Below the pieces are notes generated by a model. That model ran no database searches. It worked only from the letters and a program-made list of their open reading frames with translations, and was not told the origin of the DNA. This document shows, piece after piece, positions 10,593 through 22,750 of a DNA stretch of 64,000 bases; position 1 is the stretch's first letter; each line of letters begins with the position of its first letter. Source of the DNA: Callorhinchus milii (taxonomy: Eukaryota); NCBI RefSeq assembly GCF_018977255.1, contig NW_024704742.1, positions 103,480,001 through 103,544,000 of the forward strand, given 5' to 3'. The translations under genes and the position numbers were made by a program.

Positions 10593-10980
10593 TATAATCC
10601 TTGCACTTGGTATAGCGCCTTACCATGCTAGAAGGACATCTCAAAGCGCTTCATAGGTTCTGCGATATAGTGTGACTGTATTTTGTACAGCAGCACAAAC
10701 AACAAATGACCAATTTTATTTGGGGACTGTTGGCCAGGACACCGGGAGAAACTCCCCTCTCTTTTAAAATACTGTAGTGCAATGGGATTTTTAACGTCCA
10801 CCTAAACAGCAGTTTGGACCTTGTTCTCTCATCCGAAGGACAGCACTTCTGACAATGCGACGCACCTCCAGCACTGCATTGGAGTGTCATCTTAAACCCT
10901 GTGAGTTCAAGTCTCGACATGGGATTTAAACCCACAGCCCTCTGCCTCAGAGGGAAGAGTGCTACTACTGGGCCAATCTG
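10593..10980 (-). mobile_element. Older SacSINE1-like DeuSINE
   Basis: Reverse complement carries CCCTCTGAGGCAGAGGG..GTGGGTTTAAATCCC, GACACTCCAATGCAGTGCTG, CCTTCGGATGAGA, GGAGTTTCTCCCGGTGTCCTGGCCAA and the shared tail. Confidence 0.75.
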
Positions 10981-11521
10981 GTGTAGTCCAAAGATAATGC
11001 AATGCTTATTTTTCTCTACAAATATTTAAAGCAATATTATAGAACACAAGTCCTCATAGAACACAATTTAACACATTTGTATTTATTGAGTAATCTGGTT
11101 GGCAGACTGCCAACTTCCATGTACCTTTCATGTGGTGTCCTTGAAGTCGCAAAACATGTTTTTTTTATGTTTTATAATATGTGCTTTACATTACCTGCAA
11201 CATGTTTCTGTTTGGGTAATTATCAAATATTTTATTTATGTTGGTTGTTAAATGGAATCCTTTTCTGTGTTCGGAAACTAAATTGTCAATTTTACCATTT
11301 CTGACAGATGGAAGCAAGTTGTTTGTAAAAAGTTTAGGACTGAACATCAATAAAGTGAGATACCTTGAGAATGCACATTCCCCTGATCCTTATTTAACAC
11401 CTGTTACTTTGTGTTTCAGGGATTAAAGCCTGTTACCTGTGAATTGTGGTGCTCGATGAGAGCACATTTTTTGATTTACTGTGTAAATATATCATACTTT
11501 TAGTGTAATAACTAAATGCAT

Positions 11522-11540
11522 TTGACACTAGGTGGCGTCA
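11522..11540 (+). promoter_or_regulatory. Candidate CTCF site
   Basis: TTGACACTAGGTGGCGTCA resembles the CTCF core CCACTAGGTGGCGC. Confidence 0.4.
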
Positions 11541-11990
11541 GTGTTCACAGTTCTGTGCACTGAGCTGGGAGTTGTCAGCAATTATTGGGGATGAGCATAC
11601 ATTGACATTTTCTCAAATATTTCATATTCAATACCACCAATTAATTGTGATTTTTTTTTGAGTAGTTTAAAGCAAATGACCAAGGCTTCAGGTCATCACT
11701 ATCTATGTTATGGAAGATATCGCACCAAACACAGCGATGGGTCATTATCTGCCAAACATGGCGCTCACACCGAACCTCTGGACACATAGATGTCTAAATA
11801 CAATGAAACACTTGTACTGAATACAATTAAGTACTTCTAAATACAATTAGCATAATTGTAATAATTTTGTCTCTAACAAATAAAGTAATTGAAGTATTTA
11901 AATTTGACTGCATAAATAATATGGAGCAAAGTTTGTTATCGAAATACCAGCACCTTAACTAAAATCAAGTTAAGCCATTGAAATGTACTT

Positions 11991-12320
11991 TAATAATAAT
12001 AATAATAATAATAATTCTTGCATTTGATATAGCGCTTTTCACATCGGGAGGACGTCCCAAAGCGCTTCACAGAATATACTGTAAAGTGAGTTGACTGTAT
12101 ATTTTGTGGGCGAACGCGGCAGCCAATTGCGCACAGCAATGTCCCACAAACAGTCATAGATTGAAAATGACCAATTTTAATTATTGTTTTTGTTTTTTGG
12201 AGGGATTATTATTAGGCGTGTGGAGTAAGGAAACTTGCCCAAGGTTTCGCCCTGCCTGGAATTGAACTCAGGTCTCTTGCTTGCAAAGCGAGTGCTCTAA
12301 CCACTGAGCTACAGGACTCC
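11991..12320 (-). mobile_element. Young tRNA(Ala)-derived SINE, full length
   Basis: Reverse-complement copy of 3527-3855. Confidence 0.92.
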
Positions 12321-15300
12321 ACGAGTATATATATATACACAATACTCCAATTCCCATTTTTTTGGAAGGATGCAGGTGAAATACTGTAATACTCCATTAT
12401 TTAGTGTATAATGCTCACATTTTACACCATACCAAAGCACAAAACAAAATTGATTAATTGTGCCATCAAAACGAGATCAAAAGAAATGTAAAAGGAAAGA
12501 AACGCATCAAGTAATATAAATGGGACAGACCAGTGAAGGAAAGAACAATGCCAGGCAAACTAGTCTAAACAAAATAAGAGAGCAACTGGAGCTGTAATTA
12601 AAGTGATGTGGGGGGATGGGGGGAGGAAGAAGTGAAATTAGCACGTGCATTGCTGGAGTGGGAGATCTGTACCAGGCTAAAGATAAGTTATGAATCATGC
12701 TGCAACACACTAATCGTTATGAGGGTATTAGATAGCTTATTGTTACAAGGAAGTTTAGGAATGCCCATCTGAGCCAAGGATGTATGATATGTCTCATTAT
12801 TTGCATACAGTGTGAAAAAAGACATGCCAGAAGAACACAGAACTGAACAATAATAAACAGCTAAAAGTAAAGCATATATAGTGTATGTCACATGACTAAA
12901 AGTGATGAATTAATATTATGCTCATGACTCAATTTAACACTCTGACATCTAGGAATACACTGTGTAGACATTATATGCAGGATATATTCATAAGTAGGAT
13001 CAAAGACAGACTAGGATGCATTATAAGGAAGTACTGTTTTAAGTGCAATGGCATAATTGATAACAAGTGAATCTTAGTTATATTGTAACATAATTTCAAG
13101 CCCCAAATGCTCTGGAATCTGTTTATTCTTTATAATAGAAGTATGGAAATGGTACTTTTTTTGCTTTCAGGCAGTGATCAATATATTTATAGCATATTAC
13201 ATTAAACATGAGTATTGCTAAGGACTTCATCTTCCGCACTGAAGGTGAATGACAACTGCTGAGACATGGAAACCCAAAGAAAATGCATTTCCAGTAAAAC
13301 TTTCTATATAAGAAAGTGAGTTTTCAAACTCTCAACTCAATTCTTGGTTGGTATGAGGCTACATTACAAGACAGACCAGTGGTGTAATCCAGTGGTGTAC
13401 AAACTCTTTGGTTGGCCAACAAAATAAGCGTTTCTGGATTGAACATTTCTTGATTAATGGCATAAACCACAAAACTATTTTGTTATTTCTTTGATTATTT
13501 TGTTGGTCAAGCGAAAAGACCATAATCTAGTGCTGAATGGCACCAAATGAACACCTTCACTTTGAGAGATCTTAATGGGAGTTGGTGCAGTAAATGCCAC
13601 AAGGTACCCTGATACAAAAATAGGTGGTCAAGGGAAATTGTTGTGACTCAAAAGGTTATCAACATCTATGTGGGAAGAATGTTGTCTTCCAGTGATGCTT
13701 TTATCCTCCATGCCCCACCAATGAGCTGATGAGCCAGGCTACTCAGTAATTAAGAGTATCCTTTACAGTATATTCTGTGAAGGGCTTTGAGATGTCTCGA
13801 AGATGTGGTGAGGTGCTATATCAAATGCAAGGATTATTATTATTATAATTATCCAGGATTACATCACAGAGCATGAAGCCTTAGCAGGAGGATCACTTTG
13901 GAGCCAGTTTCGCAACAAACTGGAGTCCCTCATGTATCCTTAGGAATTTTCATCAGATAACTGACAAGCACAGGTATAAGTTCTTGTAAGATGGTTACTT
14001 GACAAGTGGAGCTCCTTCCAGGAGGATTGAGGAGCAACACAGCTACACAACTGTATTAGAATGTTACCGCCATCCTTCAGACCACCATCAGCGCACATGC
14101 TGTAAGCCATTGAATGTTGATACCATGTGCAAAGTCTCATCAGTAGGCCCTTAACACTCAGGATAATAAAGATAATCCTTGCATTTGATATAGAGCCTTA
14201 TCATGTCTTCGAGACGTCTCAAAGCGCTTCACAGAATATACAGTAAAGTGAATTGACTGTATATTTTGTGGGTGAAATATACAGGATAGCTACCAAATCC
14301 CAGAATGAGAGTGTGTGCTTGCAAACAAACATTCCAGGTAATGCCTTCCAGCAACCATCAGTCTAAGCCTCAGAGTTTCCATGTCAGCCTTTTGAGAAAC
14401 ATCCTCCTTCAGCATGAAAGAGAGACCTTTGCAGGGCAGCTTACTAAGTGCCAACCACCTTGAAATTCTTGAAGTCTGAGTCAAATGTTACATACCAGGT
14501 TTGCTGGACACCAGGTCCTCATGTGAGGGGCTTAAGGAAAAAGAGAAGCCTACCATGAGGTTATCAGGGTGCAGAATGCAGTTTAATACAGGCCAAAGTT
14601 TCCCTCCCTATAGTGATTTTTCCTTCAAACAAATCCACCGCATATCTTGTTCTCACATCCATTTCCTCTCAGTGAACTGGGCCATTGAGACCATTTATCT
14701 GCTTAACTGATTCAACCAATTGTACTAACCGTCATGTTGGCCAGATGCCAATCTAGAACAGTGTTTTATCCAGATGAATAAAAGTGTTTTTTAAATGAAA
14801 TATTAGCTGCATTGATTGCTACACTGTGTGTGGTAATCTACAGTTTGTATTGGAAATGATTCACTTGAGAAATCAAATAATAGCAGGGATACAGTATCTG
14901 ACCAAAAAAATGAGTTTGCACAATATTTACCTTTTTTTTATTTTAAATTCATCTTTATACTAAATCAAAGATGCAAAATTCACTAGATTTTTTTAAAAAA
15001 TAGAGTGCAATGTTTATTTTGTTATTTTCAAAACTAGCTGTTATGACCTTTCAATGTTCATCCAATGTACCTTTAACTGCACCAGACTTAAAATCCTCCT
15101 GATCAGCTGCAGACAAACACAACAGTGATCTTGCTAGATCTGTCACTTAGCTGCTCACTGAGTGAGAAATGGGGTCAGGACCATGGAGATACAGTCTGTT
15201 CAGACCACCCACATTCAAAATGGCAAAGTAGCAGGGTGCAAACTGTTTCTTTTTAATCAGGATTAAATGATATCAAATTGGCAAGTTGTTGTTGGCAGAA

Positions 15301-15510
15301 TTAAGATGTTAGTATTTTGATCACCAGAAACACTTATTAAGGTGCCTTGAAAAGCCCATTCAAAGAGAAGAGTGCTCAGTGCTTGAAAAGAACGTTTTTG
15401 AGAAGCTGTATCTCAGTGTACTTATTGGATTTTTTAAAAATGTGTACACTCTTTTCATTTCTACTGCACTCATACACGTATATTTAATTGGCTTGCAGTC
15501 AGCATACTAA

Positions 15511-16372
15511 CCAACAGCAACAACAACAACAAGATTCCATTTATAAAGCGTCTTTCACGTCAGGAGGACGTCCCAAGGCGCTGCACAGTTGGGTCATGCC
15601 CCGAGCAGGGGGGAAATGGTCAGGGTGAGGGGAGGGAAGGGAGGGAGCGAGGAGGGGGGAAATGGTCAGGGTGAGGGGAGGGAAGGGAGGGGGCGAGGAG
15701 GGGGAAGAGAGTCGAGAGGGGAGCTGAAGGCACGGTCAAAGAGAAAGGTTTTGAGACCGGCCTTGAAGGAGGAGAGGGAGGAGGCGGCGAAGGCACTGGG
15801 GATAGAGTTCCAGAGCCTGGGGGCTGAGAGGCTGAAGGCCCGGCCACCGATGGTAGGGCAGTTGGGGCGGGGGACGTGGAGCAGACCGGAGCCGGAGGAA
15901 CGGAGGGTACGGGCGGGTAGGTAGGGGGATAGTAGGTCGGAGAGGTAGGAGGGAGCAAGGCCGTGAATGGCCTTGTAGGTGAGGATGAGGATCTTGAAAT
16001 CAATCCTCTGGGGGATGGGGAGCCAGTGGAGGCGAGCGAGGGTGGGAGTGATGTGGTCCCGAAGCCTGGTGCGGGACAGTACACGAGCTGCAGAGTTCTG
16101 AATGACCTGCAGCTTGTGGAGGGAGGTGCCGGGAAGGCCGGCGAGGAGAGAGTTCCCATAGTCCAGCCTTGAGGTGACAAAGGCGTGAACCAGGGTTTCA
16201 GCCGCGTGAGGGGTGAGGTAGTGCCGTAGTCTGGCGATGTTCCGGAGGTGATGGAAGGCGGTGCCAGTTGTGGTGCGGATGTGAGGGAGAAAGGACAGCT
16301 CAGGGTCGAACAAAACGCCGAGGTTCCTGACTGGCTTTGAGAGGTGGAGAGTGCAGCCTTGGATGCTGACCA
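15511..16372 (-). mobile_element. Young L2 LINE 3' portion (ORF2 C-terminus open, 3' UTR and (TTG)n tail)
   Basis: [75 protein letters not shown]; CpGs retained; tail CAACAACAAC on plus. Confidence 0.93.
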
Positions 16373-16498
16373 ACAAAATTGCTTCATTTATTTGTGAGTA
16401 GTTGACAGACATATCATGAGAGGAAAAAAAATATTTCATTTATCTTTGATCAAACTACAGTATATCCTTGAAACTTGGCTTCGAAATGTTGAATTAGT

Positions 16499-16519
16499 TT
16501 CAGCACCCTGGAGAGCACC
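16499..16519 (+). promoter_or_regulatory. RE1/NRSE (REST-binding) consensus element
   Basis: TTCAGCACC-CT-GGAGAG-CACC fits the canonical NTYAGMRCCNNRGMSAG pattern with a 2-nt spacer; ~7.9 kb upstream of a neuronal channel gene's start codon. Confidence 0.75.
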
Positions 16520-16589
16520 TTGGTCTTGTGAGGTTGCAGCAGAATAAGAACACGATTTGTAAGAAATCTGAAAAGGGAGAGGTATTGAA

Positions 16590-16725
16590 TCATAGAATTA
16601 TACTGCACAGAAGGAGGCCATTCGGCCCATCATGTCTGTGCCAGTTCTTTGAAAAGGACTATCCCAATCAATCCCATTCCCCCGCGCTCTTCCCATAGCC
16701 CTGCAAACTTGTCCTCCCCTTGAAA
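16590..16725 (-). mobile_element. CR1 3' terminal fragment
   Basis: ATCATAGAATTATACTGCACAGAAGGAGGCCATTCGGCCCATC, the reverse complement of a typical chondrichthyan CR1 3' end. Confidence 0.7.
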
Positions 16726-17499
16726 GAATGGTGACTCTCCACATAGAGGGAGAGAAATTCCAGCAGTCAGATAGTTTTTTGGGGCTGATTCAGTTGCATA
16801 CAAATATTCCGTGGGCTGCTCACATTAATCAGGTGAACCAACCCCGCATTCCCAATGCTGATTAGAATCTTTGCTCCTTATCTCATTACCATGTATTTCC
16901 AAAGATAATGTTATCTGAATCCTGTTATTGTTTATTCTCTTGGGGAACCTGTAAAGATCAATGCATCTTTCATAAATTCCTCAATTTGTCACTTGAACTG
17001 TCAAAAGCAAAAAGCCAGCCAAGCCCACTAGTTATGAATAACAAGGCTAAGCTATAATAATAATAGTCATTGCATTTGTTACAGCACCATATCTCAAAGC
17101 ACTTCACAGAATTTTTTGCAAAGTGTAGTAACTGTGTATTTGTAGGCAAATTTGCCAATTTGGCCTCAGCAATGTCCACAAACAGCCATGAAGTGAATGA
17201 ACAATTCCGTTTTATCTGGGGGAATGTTGTCCAGGACACTGGGAGAAACTTGCTTCTCTAACACCGTGGAGGAATTATTCTATTGCAGACATCACAAAAT
17301 ATTTTAGAATGTCTTGCTTTGTGCTGTTGGTTAACTGATTAAATACATGATTACGTGTTTTAAAATACTGGTGTGGGATATTTTAAAAGGCAAATAAGAA
17401 ATCAGTGTAAGTTTCATTCAAACAACAGTACCTCAGACAAATCAGCACACCCTTGTGAGTATGAACTCAATGTCCTGATGTGGGGTTTGACCCCATAGT

Positions 17500-17836
17500 G
17501 GAGTCCTGTAGCTCAGTGGTTAGAGTACTCACGTTGCAAGCGAGAGACCTGGGTTAGATTCCTGGCAGGGCAAAATCTTGCTCCACACAGCTGATAATAA
17601 TCCCTCAAGGAAAAAAAAAGAATTCCGGAGCTGTTTTCCTGTGTTTTAAAAAATAATTTGGTCACTCAATCCACAACTGTTTGTGGGACGCTGCTGTGCG
17701 CAATTAGTAGCCGCGCTTCACCCACAAATATAGAGTCAATTCACTTTATAGTATATTCTGTGAAGCGCTTTGAGATGTCTAGAATATGTGAAAGCGTTAT
17801 ATCAAATGCAAGGATTGTTATTATTTATTATTATAA
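17500..17836 (+). mobile_element. tRNA(Ala)-derived SINE nested in an older SINE head
   Basis: Same head and tail; flanks ..GATGTGGGGTTTGACCCCATAG / TGACTCAGAGGC join into an antisense SacSINE1-like head. Confidence 0.85.
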
Positions 17837-20800
17837 TGTGTGACTCAGAGGCAGGATGCTCACAAAGCATCAGTCATTTCTGCAATGTAACTACCACCCT
17901 TTATATTTTTAAGAGCATGAGAACACTGAATCAAAAGCAGCCTTGAGAGACATGGAAATATACTTTACAGTGGAGTCCATTTAAGTGTTATCTAGGAAGC
18001 ATATCTCTACATTGCTAAAAGTGTATTTTAAGATGAGGTAATATCCACTTTATTTAGACAGCACATAACCTGTTAGCTCTGCCATGAATTCAGTTTTTTT
18101 TGTGACTTGCCTGCAATGAAGCAATAAAGCAATGCAGGGATCAGAGGTTGAGTGCTGCAACATTATGCTGGTTTCTGGTCTCTGAAATTACACAAAATAG
18201 CTGATAAGCCACTTTATGGCAACTTTCTTTTTTAAAAAAAGGATTGAATATTTTTTTTATAAATCAGAAATGAGGTAAATTATGAGTTAAGAACAAGGAC
18301 TTTTTGGTGTCTTTTACTGGAACACTACTTCTGAATATAGCTTTGCAATCCATAGGCTCATTCTAACTGTTGGAAATGCTAATCTGCTAATTTTTCTACG
18401 TAGGACTTCTTAAACAATTTAGATTGTGACAGTTGCACAACATTTTGTACTACTGAACATTTTATTGTATCATTCAAATATTTATTCTTGATATATGCAC
18501 AGTATATGCACAGTGATGGAAACACAGAATATTGTAGGGATTCATCAGTTTAGCCTACATATGTTATATCAATGCCATATATCATTCATTTATTTCTAGC
18601 TCTTATAGCTTCCATGGTGGATTCTCCTCAGTAATCTTTCAGTGTAACGTTTTAATAACATCCCAGTCTGGATGTCATTAGTTTTTTTTGTCATAAATCA
18701 ACAGCGTGAAGTTTTGTTCACAGTTCAAACTACTCACTTGCTTTGTAAACAGACATTTAAGGCTTGCACAGAATGCATCACTTTATTATTATACCAGGTC
18801 GAATGCCAAGCTTTGCTGTTCCTCTGAAATAATAATAAAAGTACAAATCCTTGCATTTGATAAAGCGCCTTATCATGTCTTTGAGATGTCTCAGAGCACT
18901 TCACAGAATACACTGTAAAGCCAATTGACTGTATATTTTGTGGGCTAAACCAAAAATGACATTAAAATTGTGAAAAGTTTGGTGTAGAAGTCATTGCAAA
19001 ACGGGTTCCCATTTAGCAATAGTCAAAATGTTTCATCTATTTTTCTTACTTGCTGCCCCCTTTTGAACGACAGTACTTGAAGATACAATGCAAAATGAGG
19101 TGTTTGAGGTGTTTTTTATTGGCATATATAAAGGTGTGATAGCACTATCAATACATTAGTGACACTCATTTAACTGCTTACTCTGTCCATCCTTTTTGTC
19201 TGTGTTAAGGTAAGAGTACTTTTATGGCTGGTACTAACGTTTGGTACTAAATTCTTCTTAGATGGAAATATACATTGGTTTTGAAAGAACTTACAATGCA
19301 GACCGTGTTTCTTTACACGTAGAATATTTTTGCAATATAGCCATAATTTTTTGTCTCTTTGAGGCTGATCCTGTAAGGGCATTGTAGATTCCACATCTAT
19401 CTTATTTGTACGGCTCTCAGACAATAGTAGACTTGTTCCAATGGTGCACTGCACTAGAGCAGTCTAGCTTTTGGCATGTCTACACCGTGTAGGAGTTGAG
19501 GAACCTAGCCACACAAGTGATATATATGAATATTTAACTAGTGTGTATTATTGACAACATGCAGCTAAAAAAAAGGTAACTGCAAAATTACTGTTTTTTT
19601 TAAACATCGCCAATCTAAAAACAGCTCTTGACATGGCAGAAACAGAGCCTGTTCATATTTTGTTCCCATCCTATCCTCCACTCATCCCCTCTGCCTGACT
19701 AAGTTGGACTTGCTGCGAATCCTCCGCTTCACTCAGGAGACTATGGGTGGCCGAGCATTTAGATTCTATGCCCCAAACATCTGGAACTCTCTTTCTGTGC
19801 CCCCCTATCTTCCCCCTTCTTTATTGGTGATTGAGTCCTACCTTAATATAAATAAATCTTGCATTTGATGTAATGCCTTATCGTATTGTTAAGCTATTCC
19901 CAAGCGCTTCACAAGAATTACTATAAAATATAGCAACTGTGTATTTTATCATCAAATACAACAGCCAATTTATGCACAGCAGTGTTCCACAAACAACTAT
20001 GAAATAAATGACCAATTTTTTCTTAAAACCTACTACTTCAACTGTGCCTAGGATCACACTCCTCGCTGATTTTAATTGGTTTTCATTGGATCATTGCTTA
20101 TTACAAAATGGGGAAGGTAAAAACTGGGTTCCATAATTTGCCAATTACTAAAAATTGTGAATGTTTCGTTGTGTAATTATTATGGGTTTTTCTTGATTAA
20201 TTGTTATCTTCCTCATTCTGTCAGATGAGAACAATAAAACCAAAAGTGAGGATTAGATAATAAAAAACAATGCCAAATCTTGCAACATGGATTGTGGCAC
20301 TGCGTTAGTTTTGTGTGCATGTGTGTGTACTTTGTATGAAGTAGATACACTACATGGAATGCTTCAAACTATTGGGTTTGTTCTCTTTGGAAAAGAGAAA
20401 ATGAATCATCAGAGGGTGTCAAGCTTATGAAGGTAATTGACAAGATTGTTTGCTAACAGTGTTCAATCTAATGAGGGTTTCAAACACCATAGGACTCACA
20501 TTAAAATGAGTAAGTTAGGAGTAAGAGGTGGAATTTTTTTACATAACTTTTTTTATTATAGGTCAAACTTGTGATTTTTTTTACCAGGATAAATAAATCC
20601 AGGAGGCAGCAAGATGAGCCTCTGAAAAGCAAAGGGAATGCAGTGTGATATCTGAAGCAATTCTCCAACTTGTCTTTAGAGGGAGTACTAAAGCACCAGT
20701 TGCATTTCAAACTTCACAAGTTTCAATACTTAACATTCTGTGATGGAGCAGGTTTAAGATGAGCGAATGAAATGCCGTCATAAAATGTGTGCACCACTGT

Positions 20801-21395
20801 ACCTTTTGTGCAGCACACAAGGTAAACAGAAGCTATAGGTTTCTTCGCACATCACACTACATTGGAGTTCTTAAGTTCATTTGGACAGCGTTATCTGAAG
20901 GTACCGTATTTGTCTTGATTTAAGAGCAAGAAATATTTTCAATACATTAACAACAAGCACTTATATAGTGCCTTTTACTTAGGATAACATCTCAAAACGC
21001 ATTACAGGGAGGGAATGGTAGCCCAAGCAGGGTGAGAGATGGAGGAAAAGGAGTAAGGTGATTGAAGCCCCAGTCAAAAAGGTAGGTTTTAAACAGGTTT
21101 GAAAGCAGAATTTATTATCATTTGTTATTTACAACAAGTTAGACTTGCATTATGCCATGCAAATTATGCCATGCCATGCAATTTGTTTCCTCTTCTGTTT
21201 CTGATCACAATCCAAGCTCCCTTACAGAGACAGAGGAGAGAAACCAGGATGATTTCTAATATTACAGAACTATGAAGAACGACTGGATAGTCTAAACTTC
21301 TTCAGCTTCAAAAGTGTACCTTAATATTTACAAACATCTGAAACAGATTACCAGGAAAGATGACGGAGGCAGGGACAATGGGCTCAATGGGCTCA

Positions 21396-21714
21396 ATAAT
21401 AATAATATTAATAATAATAATAATCCTTGCATTTGATATAGTGCTTTTCATGTCTTCTAGACATCTCAAAGCGCTTCACAGAATATACTGTAAAGTGAAT
21501 TGACTGTATATTTGTGGGCGAAACGTGGCAGCCAATTGCACACAGCAGTGTCCAACAAACAGTCGTGGATTGAAGTGACCAATTTTTTTTTCTTGAGAAA
21601 TTATTATTAGGCCTGTGGAGTAAGGAAACTTTCCCAAGGTTTTACCCTGCTGGGAATCAAACCCAGGTCTCTCGCTTGAGAGGCGAGTGCTCTAACCACT
21701 GAGCTACAGGACTC
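21396..21714 (-). mobile_element. tRNA(Ala)-derived SINE, full length
   Basis: Reverse-complement copy with (AAT)n tail and CACTGAGCTACAGGACTC head. Confidence 0.9.
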
Positions 21715-22539
21715 TACAATGGGAAGATGGTTGGTGATCTGTAAGGGTAAGATTAAATAGAGCAAAGAGCTTCTTCACGTGAATGTTTCTTGTGATTTGC
21801 AAATTTAGTCTGCACCCAACCCAATACCTCAAATACTGTTCTCAAGCTGATACTTAGCCTATTCTGTTTTCTAGGAGATAATTGACAAAGAACCAACTGC
21901 CCTTTAATTTCAGACGTGACTGAGAATACGTCAGCATGAGTTAGGATACTGATGAGAGACTCTTGCTAACAGCAACAGGGGTAATGATGCATATTAACAG
22001 ACTGAATCAAAGGGATTAAAACAGCAGATTTCCATGTGTAATCAATAGAGAATACACATTACTGTATTCTCCTTCTATCAACCAAGCAATTCTCAATTCC
22101 CCAACACAATATAACACCAGCATTGCTTAAAGCATTGCTTAGAAAAGAAATGATGTTTAATATAAACGATATATTATATAAATACATAATCTATATATAC
22201 AGTGGAAGTCACTTTAGCCAGATGCCAGTTAATCCCGGATACCGGGTAAATTTCCACTGGAAAAATGTCTTTGGAATTTCACTTATTTTTCAATCAGGAT
22301 GATTGATCACTCAGATTATTTTCATGCTCACATAAATGCAGTCATTTCCACAGCGTCAATGAACAATCTGCCTCAGTGGCAACCAGCTCTACTACCAATC
22401 CTCATTCAAACTAGACAATAAATACTGTAGCAAATGACTAGTAGTGAATTTAAGCAGCAATTCAATTCTGCCTGTATTTTGATATTTCTAAATTGCTATT
22501 ATCTCTCTCTCCCATGAAGTATAGGATATCAGATTGCCT

Positions 22540-22750
22540 CAGTTATTAGCATTCCTACATCTGGATGAGAAGGTTGTGAGCTCAAGCCCCACATTGAGAC
22601 TTGACCTCGTTGTCCAAGCTGACTCTTTAGTGCAGTACTGGGCAAGCTCTACATTGCCAGAAGTGCTGTACTTTGGATGAGATGTTAAACTAGGGTCTTA
22701 TTTGCCTTTTAGGGCAGATGTGAAAAATCCCACAACACTATTCAAACACT
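22540..22750 (+). mobile_element. SacSINE1-like SINE 5' fragment
   Basis: GAAGGTTGTGAGCTCAAGCCCCAC..GCTGACTCTTTAGTGCAGTACTG..TTTGGATGAGATGTTAAAC. Confidence 0.65.

Noticed and set aside
22199..22265. TA-CAGTGGAAGTCACTTTAGCC, resembling a pogo/Tigger terminus
   Set aside because: No matching opposite terminal repeat or transposase remnant found.
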